DNA of 64,000 nucleotides from Chrysemys picta bellii (lineage: Eukaryota). The notes beneath the pieces are model-generated. The model had not been told where the DNA came from. It searched no databases and saw nothing but the letters and a program-made list of their open reading frames with translations. Below, piece by piece: positions 1 to 11,879 of this stretch. The stretch is taken from contig NC_088797.1 of assembly GCF_011386835.1 (NCBI RefSeq), forward strand, positions 34,224,001-34,288,000, given 5' to 3'. Numbering within the stretch: position 1 is the first letter of the stretch; every line of letters starts with the position of its first letter. The position numbers and the translations under genes are program-made.

Positions 1-240
1 CCCTGGCGCCCCGACTCGCCGTGTGAGCGCCAGGGAGGCAGCGAGCGCTGGGGCCGCGGCTCCCCCACCCCAGGAAGCGGCGCGCCGTGTCATTTCCCCT
101 TCGCAGCCCGGGCCCGATCCCGGTGTGACTCCGGATTCGCTCGGCTTGGGGCAGGCAGCGGGGGTTAACGCTTCGCTGCCCGGAGCCGGGAGCCACTCCA
201 GCGATAAATCCGGAGGCGCGAGTTGTGGGACGAAGGGCCC
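1..240. promoter_or_regulatory. CpG-rich element, possible promoter/enhancer of a gene largely outside the window
   Basis: High CpG density relative to flanks, ETS-like CAGGAAGCGG; no coding exon recognised. Confidence 0.3.
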
Positions 241-299
241 AGGAACTGAGAGCCCCCAGAGAGGAAGGGCACCCAGAGAGACAAGGCATGGTGGGGAAC

Positions 300-725
300 G
301 GAAGGGGACCCAGGAGTCCTGGCTTCCTCAACCACTAGACCCTACATTCACTCCTTTCCCGGAGCAGAGGCTAGAACCCAGGAGTCCTAGCTCACAACCC
401 CCATCCACTCACACACAAACTAGACCCCATTCCCCTCTCAGAACCAGAGGACAGAAACCAGGTGTTCTGGCTCCCAGCATTCACCACCTCCAACCACTAG
501 ACCCCACTCCCCTCCTAGAGGCTGGGATTAAATTTAGGCTCCTGGCTTCCAAGCCCACCACCACACACAGGGTAACTACTAGACACAGACCACTCCCCTC
601 CCCAGGCTGGAAAATTAACCCAGGAGTCCAGGCTCCCAGCCTCCTGCCCTAACCACTAGACCCTACTCCCCTCCCTGAGCCTGGGATAGAATCCAGGGAC
701 CCTGACTCCCAGCCCTCTTAACAGA
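300..725. repeat. Tandem cluster of a dispersed ~70-bp repeat (AGAACCCAGGAGTCCTGGCTCCCAG...AACCACTAGACCCCACTCCCCTCC)
   Basis: About 5 degenerate copies here; same motif recurs at ~10930-11030, 11380-11580, 11670-11770, 13160-13230, 18200-18240, 41170-41310, 53600-53700. Confidence 0.75.
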
Positions 726-1581
726 GTGAGGGGTGACACTGAATGGGAGGGAGCCCCCACATATGGGATGCACTGGATAACCTGGGTCACCTTGGCACGG
801 CTAGTAGTGTCCCATCCACCTCTGGAGTGGAGGAGCCAAGGGATGGGGGCAGTGGCAGTGCTAGCCCACTGGGGGTCCTAGGCAGGAATACCCCCCCCCC
901 CATACTAAAACAGGCAAGTTCTTATAATAAAAACCGAAGGTGGGGGGCTTAAACTGCTCAGGGCCCTAAGCAATTGCTTAGTCTGCTTACACCTAGTGCT
1001 GGCTCTGGCTGTGGGGCAGGGTCTGTGTGGAGGGTCTCTGCAGCCAGAATCTGGGGGGGCTGGTTTGTGGTGGGGCTGGGGGCAGGGTCGTGGCAGGGGG
1101 GCTCTGCAGCCAGTATCTGGAGCTGGCTGGTTTGTATCCAGGCTGGGCAGGCAGCCCTGGGAGGTGGAAAATCCCGGGCTGGAGCGAGTGGCTCCTGTTT
1201 TCCTTGGCCCCCACAGTGCTGACGTTGCGTTGCCAGGGCCTGGTTGCCAGGACACACCGTCTCCCAGCCTCGTCCAGGGACCATGGGCAACACTGGGTAG
1301 AACTAAGAGTCAGCCAGCTACTCCCAGTGGGATCTGGGGCACTACAACCGGGATGCACAGTCCCAGCCACCCCCAGCACCCAGGATCCAGCGCCAGGATT
1401 TAACCTCCAGCTCCACCCATGGCACTAGTGGCCGGATTTCACACTCCCAGTGGGATCTGCACCCCAGGACCCTAGCACCAGGGATTCACAATCCCAACCC
1501 CCGCTCCCACCCCCAACTGGGGATCCACTAGCACCAGGATTCCCACCCTTAGCTTCCTTCTGTGGGATCTGTGCCCCAGGG

Positions 1582-2069
1582 CAGTGGCTCTCAACCTTTC
1601 CTACTGTACCCCTTGCAGGAGTCTGATTTGTCTCGCGTACCCCAAGTTTCACCTCAGTTCAAAACTACTTGCTTACACAATCAGACATAAAAATACAGAA
1701 GTGTCACAGCTCACTGTTACTTTCCCATTTTTACCGTATAAGTATAAAATAAACTGATTGGAATATAAATATTGTACTTACATTTCAGTGGGATACTTGA
1801 GCCTGGTTTTCACTTGCCAGCCTTGTCTGAAGCCTGAGCCCCACCGCCCAGGGCTGAAGCAAGGAACATACCTTTGCGGGGACCCAAGCAATTGCCCTGT
1901 TTGTTATCCCCTAACAGTCCTGCACTTGTTACCCCCTGAACCTGACTCGCAGCCTTCCTGAGGGTCACCATCCCCAGGTTGAGAACACAAATCTAGCTGA
2001 GTTGATGTACCCCCTGGATGACCTCTATGTACCCCCAGGGGTATGTGTACCCCTCGTTGAGAACCACTG
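1582..2069. mobile_element. Non-autonomous hAT-type DNA transposon (MITE), 488 bp
   Basis: TIRs CAGTGGCTCTCAAC / GTTGAGAACCACTG; exact 8-bp TSD CCCCAGGG (1574-1581 and 2070-2077); AT-rich interior; inserted in a GGGATC..CCCCAGGGCACTAG tandem repeat (~1300-2270). Confidence 0.85.
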
Positions 2070-2619
2070 CCCCAGGGCACTAGCAACCCCCAGACCCCTC
2101 CACTGGGATCCACGCCCAGGGCACTAGTGCCAGGATTCACACACACACCAACCTCCTGCAACTGGGATCCATGCCCCAGGGCACTAGCAATAGGATTCAC
2201 ACTCCCAGTCTTCCCCCCCCCCCCCCGGGATCCACACCCCAGGGCACTAGTGCCAGGATTCACACTCCCAGCACCCCACCCAGCACAATGGGGTGAGAAG
2301 GGACAGAGACACCCTGTTGACATCCCCCTGTTGGCTTCTATTTCAGTGTGTCTAGCTCCCCTGTATGGCACGAGGCAGGCATCGCGCTGCAGTCCTCACA
2401 TCCTGACATCCTGGGGGTCCCAGGGAGACTGGCCAGAACAGGGCTGGGTGCCAGGCTGAGCTGGACAGACAGGCAGGCCCCTGGTTCCAGGCATGGGACA
2501 GAACTGGGCATGGGTGCTTGGGACAGCACTGCCCATCCACACCATAGTACATATGACCCTGGCACCTGGCCCAGGGGTGCCTAACTCCTGACACATACAG
2601 CTTGTGGAGGGAGGGGAAA

Positions 2620-4320
2620 TCTCATACTGGGGAGAGATAGGGGAGATGAGTGTGTGTGACATGGAGTCTATATGCGGGGGGGGGGGGGTGTAGATGGGCA
2701 CCTATGTGTCTATGATATGGGGGGAGATGTGGGGTCTGTGTGTGTGATGTGGGGGAGATGGGGGGTCTGTATGTGTGATATGAGGGAGATGGGGGGTCTG
2801 TGTGTGTGATGGGGGAGATGGAGGGTCTATGTGTGTGATACAGGGGGTCTGTGTGTTTGATGTGGGGGAAATGGGGGGGGGTCTGTGTGTGATGTGGGGG
2901 GAGATGGAGGGTCTATGTGTGTGATACAGGGGGTCTGTGTGTTTCATGTGGGGGAGATGGCAGGTCTGTGTGTGTGATATGGGGGAGATGGAGGGTCTGG
3001 TGTGTGTGATGTGGGGGAGATGGGGTCTGTGTGTGATGTGGGGGAGATGGGGGTCTGTGTGTGTGATGTGGGGGGTGTCTATGTGTGTGATACAGGGGAT
3101 CTGTGTGTTTGATGTGGGGGAGATGGGGGGTCTGTGTGTGATGTGGGGGAGATGGGGTCTGTGTGTGATGGGGGGGATGGGGGGGTCTGTGTGTGATGTG
3201 GGGGGAGATGGAGGGTCTATGTATGTGATACAGGGGGTCTGTGTGTTTGATGTGGGGGAGATGGCGGGTATGTCTGTGATATGGGGGGTCTGTGTGTGTG
3301 ATATGGGGGAGATGGGGGGTCTGGTGTGTGTGATGAGGGGGAGATGGGGTCTGATGTGTGTGATGTGGGGTCTGTGTGTGATGTGGGGGGAGATGGGTGT
3401 ATGTGTGTGATGTGGGGGGTGTCTATGTGTGTGATACAGGGGGTCTGTGTGTTTGATGTGGGGGAGATGGGGGTCTGTGTGTGATGTGGGGGGAGATGGG
3501 GGTCTGTGTGTGTATGTGGGGGGTGTCTATGTGTGTGTGTGTGATACAGGGGGTCTGTGTGTTTGATGTGGGGGAGATGGGGAGTCTGTGTGTGATGTGG
3601 GGGGAGATGGGGGTCTGTGTGTGTGATGTGGGGGAGATGGGGTCTGTGTGTGATGGGGGGTCTATGTGTGTGATGTGGGGGGAAATGGGGGTCTGTGTTT
3701 GTGATATGAGGGAGATGGGGAGTCTGTGTGTGTGATGTGGGGGGAGATGGGGGTCTGTGTGTGTGATATGAGGGAGATGGGGAGTCTGTGTGTGTGATGA
3801 GGGGGAGATGGGGGGAATCTGTGTATGTGATATGGGGGAGATGGGGGGTCTGTGTGTGTGATGGGGGTCTGTGTGTGATGTGGGGGAGATGGGGTCTGTC
3901 TGTGTGATATGAGGGAGATGGCAGGTCTGTGTGTGTGATGTGAGGGAGATGGCGGGTCTGTGTCTGTGATGGGGGGGTCTGTGTGTGTGATGTGGGGGAG
4001 ATGGGGGTCTGTGTGTGATGTGGGGGGTTGTGTGTATGATACAGGGGGTCTGTGTGTGATGTGGGAAAGATGGGGGTCTGTGCGTGTGATGTGGGGGGAG
4101 ATGGGGGGTCTGTGTCTGTGATGGGGGTTCTGTGTGTGTGATGTGGGGGAGATGGGGTCTGTGTGTGTGATATGGGGGACATGGGGGTCTGTGTGTGATG
4201 TGGGGGGTCTGTATGTGTGATATGGGGGACATGGGGGTCCGTGTGTATGATACAGGGGGTCTGTGCATGTGATGTGGGAAAGATGGGGGTCTGTGCATGT
4301 GATATGGGGGAGATCGTGGA
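2620..4320. repeat. ~1.7-kb degenerate G/T-rich minisatellite (GTGTGATGTGGGGGAGATGGGGGTCTGT-like)
   Basis: Dozens of variant ~25-35-bp units, extreme strand asymmetry; explains the H/T/P-rich and V/C/M/G-rich ORFs. Confidence 0.95.
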
Positions 4321-5916
4321 ACTTTGTGTGGTGATGAGCAGGGAGTCGAGGGGTGGGAGTGGGAAATGGGGGCGGTGTCTGTGATTTGGGCCCGGAAGGC
4401 CCAGAGCTCACGCTCTCACCTGGGCCCTTCATCCCATTCCCCCAGCCCCGCTCTCCCTCTGAGTCAGGGCAAATTTCCCCCAGCGGGCCCCAAACCACGC
4501 TATGGGCCCCGTGGGTGGCTGCTCCCGCTGTGGCTTCTCCCACTTCCTGCCCCGCCACCAGTGTCACCGTCAGGACCAGGCCGCTCTCCGGCAGGGGTGA
4601 TTCAACTGGAAACCCAGCGCCCTGCCGAGCCAGTCAGAGTGTGCCTGCCTGCCATGGGCGGGTGGGGGTGGAAGCAGGGCTGGGAGCAGGGGAAGAGGAT
4701 CGGGGTTAGGTGGGGCATGGCAGGGCTCTGATCCCACCATCAGACCCTTCCTCACCCAGCAGGACAGTCCTGCATCCCAGGCTCCTAACCTGAGCCTCCT
4801 TCCTTTCACCTGGGGAGCTGAGCTAAGCCCTCCCCCTTAAAGGCCCAGCTCTCCCTGTAAGGTGGGAGAGATGGGGATAGGCACAGGATCAAGACTGGGG
4901 AAGGGGGTGGATTAGTGCAGGATGGAGGCTTGCCAATGGGGAGTCGGGCAGGCATCTCTAGCAGAGCCCCAGGCAGGCACTGGGAGGTAGGGAGAGGCTG
5001 CGGCTGCACTGTAAGCTGTGGTTACAGTACAGGAAGCTGGGACGCCCCATGATGTAGGTCAGAGCCACAGCCCTGGTACACGAAGGGTTAACTCTCCCAG
5101 CCCAAGGGGGTGCTCAGTGTGAGACTGGGAGCCCCTGCTGCCCCCCCATTCAGCCGCTACACCCTCCCAGCCAGGATCGGGGACGGGGCCTGTTGTAGAC
5201 ACAGTGGAGAATCCAGCAGCCTCATTTCAAACGTGTGTAGGAGACGCTGAACCTGAATCCCACGCAGCCCTGCCGGTGCCGCTCAGTCCTGATCCACAGA
5301 CCCTGCTAGCCCAGCCCTGGTCTCCCCACAAGCTCTGCTGGTGCCCCTCAGTCCTGATCCGCAGCCCCTGCTAGCCCAGCCCTGGGCTCCCCACTCAGCT
5401 CTGCCAGTGCCCCTTAGTCCCAACCAGCAGCCTGGGAGGGGGAGCTGCCCCTGGACTGGGTGAGATGGAGGTTTCAGAAATGGCCCACCTCTCACGACAG
5501 GTTCACACTGATCCAGGAGGGGGGGGCGGGGGGGGTGTCCTGATGTGCCTCTGATGTACTGAGCCCTGTAAGGAACCCAGCCTAGAATCCCCGCCTGCTG
5601 CCCCGGGAGCCGGAGACATGGCCGCTCCCTGCACAGTGGGGACAGACAGGGCCCTGAACCGGGGCTGAGGGAGGTGCGGTCAGAGGAAAGCTGCTGTCTA
5701 GGCCAGGCTGTAATAATGGCGCCCACACGCCCCGGTTTCACAATGAATGGAGACCGTCAGTCCCAGCGCCCCGAACCCACAACAAAGAGCGACGCTGGCC
5801 CCGATTCATCCTGAAAGTGAAACTCCCCACGGGCTTCGCGGGAGCCGCCCCCCAACTGATCGACTGGAATTCACTGTGTGGCTGGGAGGCATTACTCTAA
5901 TTTATCTCTTACTGAC

Positions 5917-6200
5917 TGAGATCAGGGCCAGGCGCTGCACAGACCCCGACCGAGATCAGGGCCCCCATCGCGTCAGATGCTGCTCAGACCCCAAGAGAGA
6001 TTAGGGCCCCCATTGTGTCAGGCACTGCACGGGATGTGAGCGAGATCAGGGACCTTGTCACACCCAGCTCTGTACAGACCCCGAGTGAGATCAGGGCCCC
6101 CATTGCATCAGGTACTGCACAGACCCCAAGCGAGATCAGGGCACCCACTGTGTCAGGCGCTGCACAGACCCCGACTAAGATGCGGGCCCCCATCATGATG
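5917..6200. repeat. ~45-bp tandem repeat, about 6 copies
   Basis: GAGATCAGGGCCCCCATTG..CAGGC.CTGCACAGACCCC at ~5998, 6042, 6087, 6132, 6177. Confidence 0.85.
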
Positions 6201-6869
6201 GGAGCTCACACGCAGTCTCAGCCCCAGAGTGCTCACAATTTAAACAGTCCCATCTTTGAGCCCCCTGCTCCCTCCAAGGCTGCCCCTTTCTGGGGGCAAA
6301 TCTGAGCCCCCCACTGCTCCCCCAGTGGAAGGTGTGAACCCAGCTGGCGCTGAGCCGGATCCTGCACAGTCATAGCGCGAGGGCCCAGCCCCACTCGCAC
6401 CTCATTGGGTGGCAGCCTCCCTGCTCGAGTGAGACCAGGGCTCCCACACAGCCACTCGGCCGGGACCACGGAGCACAGGCGGCACTGCAGGTAGGGTCCT
6501 GGCAGCGGGAGGGGGCAGGACTCTTTGGGTTTGGATCCCTGCAGGGCATGTCTCCCTGAGGCTGGGTGTCTGTCCAGAGTCTCCGGGCATGGGGCTCTGG
6601 CGCTGGCGCCTGCGCTGGGGTCTGCACTGGAGCCCTGGGGTGGGGATCCTCCCTTCCTGGCACACAGGGCTGCATCAGGAGCAGAACCCGCTGGGGAAGT
6701 GGGGACCCCCTGCTGTCTCTGCCTCCCTTTCCCACTCGCAGGCTCAGGCATACTCAGCAGGGGGAGCTTTAAGGTGAGGGACCCCCCTCCACTGCACCCC
6801 AGGCTCATGGGCAAACTCACCCCCCTGGAGCCGCTGTCCTGCTGCAGGGAATGACAGGCAGGAGGGGAG

Positions 6870-7150
6870 GGGTTGAGGAATGGGACTGGGGGGGGACAGG
6901 GAGCAGGGTGGGGGGTGAGGAGTGGGACCGGAGGGGGACAGGGAGCGGGGTGGCGGGTGAGGAGTGGGACCGGAGGGGGACAGAGAGCGGGGTGGCGGGT
7001 GAGGAGTGGGACCGGAGGGGGACAGGGAACGGGGTGGCGGGTGAGGAGTGGGACCGAGGGGGGACAGGGAGCGGGGTGGGTGGTGAGGAGTGGGACTGGG
7101 GGGGGGGACAGGGAATGGGGTGAGGAGTGGGACTGGAGGGACAGGGAGCA
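6870..7150. repeat. 42-bp G-rich tandem repeat
   Basis: GTGAGGAGTGGGACC recurs at 6915, 6957, 6999, 7041. Confidence 0.9.
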
Positions 7151-7511
7151 GGGTGGGGAGCAGCTCCAGGGGGCATCGGCCGAGGGATGTTTCACACTGA
7201 GAGGCCAAGCCTTCCTAGCGGGTGTTGGGCCCTGGGGTTCAGAGTGCTGGGGTAGGCCCCCACTGTGGGGGAGGCGCTGGGAGAGAAATGACCTTGGGCC
7301 CAAGGGCAGCAAGCAGGAGATGGGGAGCATTCAGCCCCCACCCGGGGGCGGCCAAGCTGGCAGCTGGGGTCGGGGCTGTGCCCAGCCCCCTCAGAACCTC
7401 TAGCTCTCTCTAAGTTAATTGCTGCGTTTGCTGGTCTGGGTCCTTGCCCCCAGATCTCAGGCTCGGGCCCTGGGTGAGTTCCCTGCGCTGACCCCAGCTG
7501 CTGTGGATACC

Positions 7512-8146
7512 ATGGCGGAGCGGAGGGTGCCCTGCTCTGCTGATGCCTCTGTCCCTTTGGGCTGGTCTCCTGCCATCCAGAGCCTCCGCCCACAGCTGCC
7601 CCCAGTGCCTGGCCCCCTGTCCCGCAGCCACCTGGTAAGGGGAGAGGGTATTGGACCAAGCCAGAAGCCTTAGCTGCTCAACATGGCCTTTTCCTGGAGT
7701 GCGGGGTTCAAGGACTCAAGGGGCAGGGTGAGGCCTCACGGGATCAGGATTTGGGTTAGGGGCTTACCGGTCAGGAGTCAGGTTAGGGTCAGGGTTTACG
7801 GTCACAGGGGTGGGGGATGGGGAGGAAGCTGGCTCCAGCCCGCACCCTTGCCCCAGACTCTAGGCCCAGCTGCCCCACCCGGCCGGGTTCCCCACCCTCA
7901 GTCTTAGTCACTGGGATCCCAGCACTCCCAGGGCTCCAGGTGTTGCTGGCTGGCCGGCTCCCCCAGGTCGGGTGTCTCCATCCAGGCCAAGCTCTGCCCA
8001 GACCCAGCGAGGGCACCGCCAACCCCAATTGCCTGGCAGGGAGCTCTCACCGGGAGCCAAGGGGAGCAGGACACCGGGGGTGGAGCACTCTCCCAATAGC
8101 TTCAACAGACTGGGCCTCTGGGGCCTGGTGCGCTGGCAGCGTCTGA
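7512..8146 (+). CDS. Possible small 2-exon orphan ORF (~100 aa, MAERRVPCSADAS...WCAGSV*) or lncRNA
   Basis: ACCATGG start at 7512, strong donor CTG|gtaagg after 7634, in-phase acceptor ccccag|GTC at 7967, stop 8146, AATAAA 8507-8512; no recognisable domain. Confidence 0.25.
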
Positions 8147-9698
8147 TCTCTCCCAAGAGCCCATTAGCCCAGTGTCCTGGCCCCATGGCCAATGGGAGGG
8201 GTTGGGCCCCAAGGCAGCACTAGCTCGGGGGCAGGGGTCAAAAATGGAGACACAGAAACCCCTTTCAGCTGGGGGCAGAGCAACCTGCCATAACCCAGGG
8301 CAATTTGGGCATTCCGCCCGCCTGTCCTGTCTCCGTCACCTGTCCCCCTGCCCAGGGACCCCGCCATCACACGAGCTGGGCCAGCTGCAAGCTCTGGAGA
8401 GCTGCATGGCCTAGCACAGGGGGGAGGCGACCAGCACAGAGAGTCCCTGCCACCCCAGCAGCACAAGGAGGAGCAGAGGACATCCAGCCTCCTGACCCCA
8501 GCAGAAAATAAACTCTTACCCAGACAGGGCCCCCAGCTCCCCAAGCCCAGCTCTCATTTTCCCCCTGTATCCTTGGCTGCTGCCCCGAGGTATCGCCACA
8601 CGCACAGGGCTTTCCCTTGCAACAGGCACTCAGCATTACAGACCCCCCGCCCCACTATTGGGACCCCACTCCGCAGGGGACAGAGGGCTCAGACCCATGT
8701 ACCTCAAAGAGTCCCAACCCCATTTCGACCACTCAGCCCCCTGGAAGCTGGAGGTCCCAGTGCTTAGCAGGAGTCTGAGCCCCATGGAAATTGGCCCCAG
8801 AGCCAGGCAGCTCAGCTGGGGACTGCAGCCCAGGCCCTGGCCACCTGGTCTGTGCTCTCTGCAATTCACCGCATGCATGAAGGGCTGGTGGAACAGCTGG
8901 GGGTGGGGGAGGGAGCTTTTGTGCCATTTGGCCCCGCTGGGCCTGGCCTAGATCATCCCCAAGGGCAGAGCAGGACCAGCCAGATGTGGGGAGGTGGGGG
9001 GGGCGGGGGCTGCAGCGACCAGGGGGCAGTGAGCTGGGGAGGGCGGGCAGGGCAGTGCCAAGGCCCTTGGGATCAGTTTGAGAAGATGTTACCAAGCCGA
9101 TGAAGTGCGAGGCGCAGCCGGACCCCCAGGGCTGTCTTGGGGGTACAGCCCCCCAAATGGGGTCCCATGCTCCGTGTGTGGTGGCTCCATGGCACCAGGG
9201 TGTGTGTGGATGTCTCTGTCTCTCCAGGGGCGGAGGCAGCTTCTCCCCTTCACCTTTGTGTCAGGGTCTAGATGTTGGGGGAATCTCTCCCCCGCACTCC
9301 CTGCACTCTCTGTCCCTGTCCCGCCAGCTGCTCTGCCCCAGGCTCTGACCAGGCTCCCAGCTCCCCCGCATGGGCACAGTGCTGGGCGGCACTAGATCGG
9401 GCAGGGCTCCAGGCTCTCAATCTGAGTAATTGAACAAAAAGAAGATGAACAGTGACCTGATCTAAGAACCACACTGGAAACAGATCTGGGGTAACAGTCT
9501 TGCAGATGAAGGCCTAACACGAGAAGTAGCTAGACAAATTCAGAGTGGAAATACGGTGTAAATGTTCCCGGCGAGGGGGACAGCCCGTTAGACGGGGAGT
9601 TGCCATTGCTGGCCGATTTTCCATCTCCAGGGGTTGTTTTTCCAGCAGATCTGCCCTAGTTCAGCCAGGATTTCATGCAGGGAGATTCTCTGGAATGT

Positions 9699-9878
9699 TT
9701 CAGAGTAGCAGCCGTGTTAGTCTGTAGCCGCAAAAAGAACAGGAGTACTTGTGGCACCTTAGAGACGAACACATTTATTTGAGCATAAGCTTTCGTGGAC
9801 TACAGGGCTACAGCCCATGAAAGCTTATGCTCAAATAAATGTGTTCGTCTCTAAGGTGCCACAAGTACTCCTGTTCTT
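9699..9878. mobile_element. Penelope-like palindromic retroelement remnant
   Basis: Perfect 62-bp inverted arms (9733-9794 / 9819-9880); flanked by duplicated TTCTCTGGAATGT (9686-9698, 9879-9891); resembles the GTTTCAGAGTAGCAGCCGTGTTAGTC repeat I recall as abundant in turtles. Confidence 0.75.
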
Positions 9879-11139
9879 TTCTCTGGAATGTGTCACACAG
9901 GAGGTCAGACTAGATGAGCACTGTGGCCCCCTTTGGTCTAGAACTGAGGCATCTGTGGGCTTGGCAAGCCCGGGAAGTGCTGGGCCTAGCTCAGAGCCGA
10001 CCGTGTCTCCAGTGAACATCATGGCTGAGGCAGGGCAGCGGGCGGGGGGCGCTCGCAAGGACCAGGGCAGCTGGGGTGCGGTAGATTCTCCAAAGGGATA
10101 CGTGTCACACAGGACAGATTGCAGCGATGGACACATGGCTCCTGCCTGGTAATGGCTACATTTCCCAGCACTGGGGGGACTCCAGCTTTGCAGCCCAGAT
10201 CCTGCCTACTGCAGACTCTCCATGCAGGAAGACCCCCTCCCCAGTCAGGGTGGGGTTACATGTGTAGAACTCACCCTGGTCCCAGCCCTTCCCAAAAAGG
10301 AACCAAGTGCCCAGGGCATGAGCACAGGAGCCTGTGACACTAATTGCTCTGGGGCGGTGACGGGGCACGATGAGCCTGGCGCCAGAGGCTCAGGGTGCCA
10401 ACGTTCCCAGCCCCATTATCCTGCCCAGGTCACCATCCACAGAGGTCACCAGGGCAGGGGGCTCAGTGACACCCCTTCACACTCAGACCCAGAACTGCGC
10501 CTGGGGCCGTGATGTCGATGAGCCAGGTGCAGCAGAGCTGGGGTCAAGGTCACGGCTCAGCTCAAGGTCAGGGCTAAGGTTTCTCTGTCTGATGCCTTCT
10601 GGGCCCCCATCCCCTGTGTTGTCTGCCAGGAGTCTCTGGTGCTTGGGTCTCTGTGTCATGCTGGATGGGGAGGGGGCCCTGACAATCCCAGTTGCCCTGT
10701 GGGACCCTGACCTGCAGTGTTATAATTTGTTCTGGAGCAGAGCAGGGAGATGTGGGGCAAGCGGGGTGCAGTCCCTCCCCCCGGAGTTGTGGGGTTGCGC
10801 TGAAGGGAGGGGAGTCGGGCCCAGTTCTGTAGCCCTGCTGGGCTCCCCCGCCTTCCCTCCTCTGCAGGGAGCTGCTCCCGCAAGACACAGGGAAGGGAGA
10901 CGGCCCTTTGGCCCACAGATGAGACTGGCAGCCAGGACTCCTGGGTTCATCCCTGACTGGGAGAGGACTGGGGTCTAGTTGTTAGAGCACGGGTGCTGGG
11001 AGCCAGGACTTATGGGTTCTATTCCTGTCCAACTGCACAAGCTGGAGGGCAGGTCCCTTCCCCACCCCACGATGCGCATTGCCCCACATGTGTTTGTCTG
11101 TGTCTGCCCCCCCAGCCCCCCCCCCCCGCTCTCACACAG

Positions 11140-11340
11140 GATATTGGGCTGGGAAGGCGCGCGGCGAAGGCACCTGTTTTCCGTTTGTTCGTTCGCTCGC
11201 GCTGGGAGATAAGCAGCCGTCGGAGCCGCCGCGCTGACAGGAAGCGGGAGGGGGGGTCTCTGCGGGACCAGCACGATGTGCCACAACGCTGCACTGAACC
11301 CTCTGCAAACAGCCAGGGAACCGGGCGGGCGTCAGCCGAG
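11140..11340 (+). promoter_or_regulatory. Small CpG island; probable promoter/5' UTR exon of the ELM2-SANT gene
   Basis: CpG cluster ~0.6 kb upstream of the first coding exon acceptor (11874); GATA (AGATAAG) and ETS (CAGGAAG) motifs. Confidence 0.5.
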
Positions 11341-11879
11341 AGTCTGTGGGTACTGTGGGGGGAGGGGGGAAGCCTGGACTCATGGGTTCTATCCCCATCA
11401 CCAGGAGTGACTGGGGTCTAATGATTAGAATGGGGCGGGGGAGTTACTGGGAGCCCGGACTCCAGGGTTCCATCCTCAGCTCTGGGAGGGGAGTGGGGTC
11501 TAGTGGTTAGAGCTGGAGGGGCAGGACAGAGCACTGGAATGGAAACACGAGACCGGGATTCTATTCCCGGTTCAGCTCTTGGCTGGCTGGGTGACCCTGG
11601 ACAAGGCACTTCACTGCTCTTTGCCAGTTTCCCCCTCTGTAAAGTGGGGGCAATGACGGCTGGGTTCTCTTCCCAGCTCTGGGAGAGGAATGGGGTCTAA
11701 TGGTTAAAGCAGGAGGGTTGGAAGCCAGGACTCCTGGGCTCTATTCCCAGCTCCAGAAGAGCTGTGTCTCCAGCTGGCTAAAACAGGGTGGGAGGCTCAG
11801 AGTCAGGACCCCTTCGCTTAGAACCTGCTCTGTGGGGGTGTGTTGCCCCTTCATTTCTCTGGGTCTCTTTCAGCTCCGT

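Noticed and set aside
2702-4567. His/Thr/Pro-rich and Val/Cys/Met/Gly-rich ORFs up to 321 aa
   Set aside because: Translation of the G/T minisatellite; not a CRISPR array (no unique spacers, eukaryotic context).
6233-7330. 365-aa minus-strand ORF with a CRLC motif
   Set aside because: A third is the 42-bp repeat; no supporting domain or coherent splice path.
9440-9560. Possible RTE/L2 RT remnant (IWGNSLADEGLTREVARQIQSG)
   Set aside because: Too short to support without a profile search.
1-11100. ROM1 or EML3 exons expected from human synteny
   Set aside because: No tetraspanin (CCG, DGVPFSCC) or HELP/WD40 motifs found in the ORF track or on inspection; probably outside the window.
11700-11879. 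N-terminal extension MVKAGGLEAR... of ORF 11700-12464
   Set aside because: Lies in a dispersed repeat and polypyrimidine tract upstream of the acceptor at 11874.
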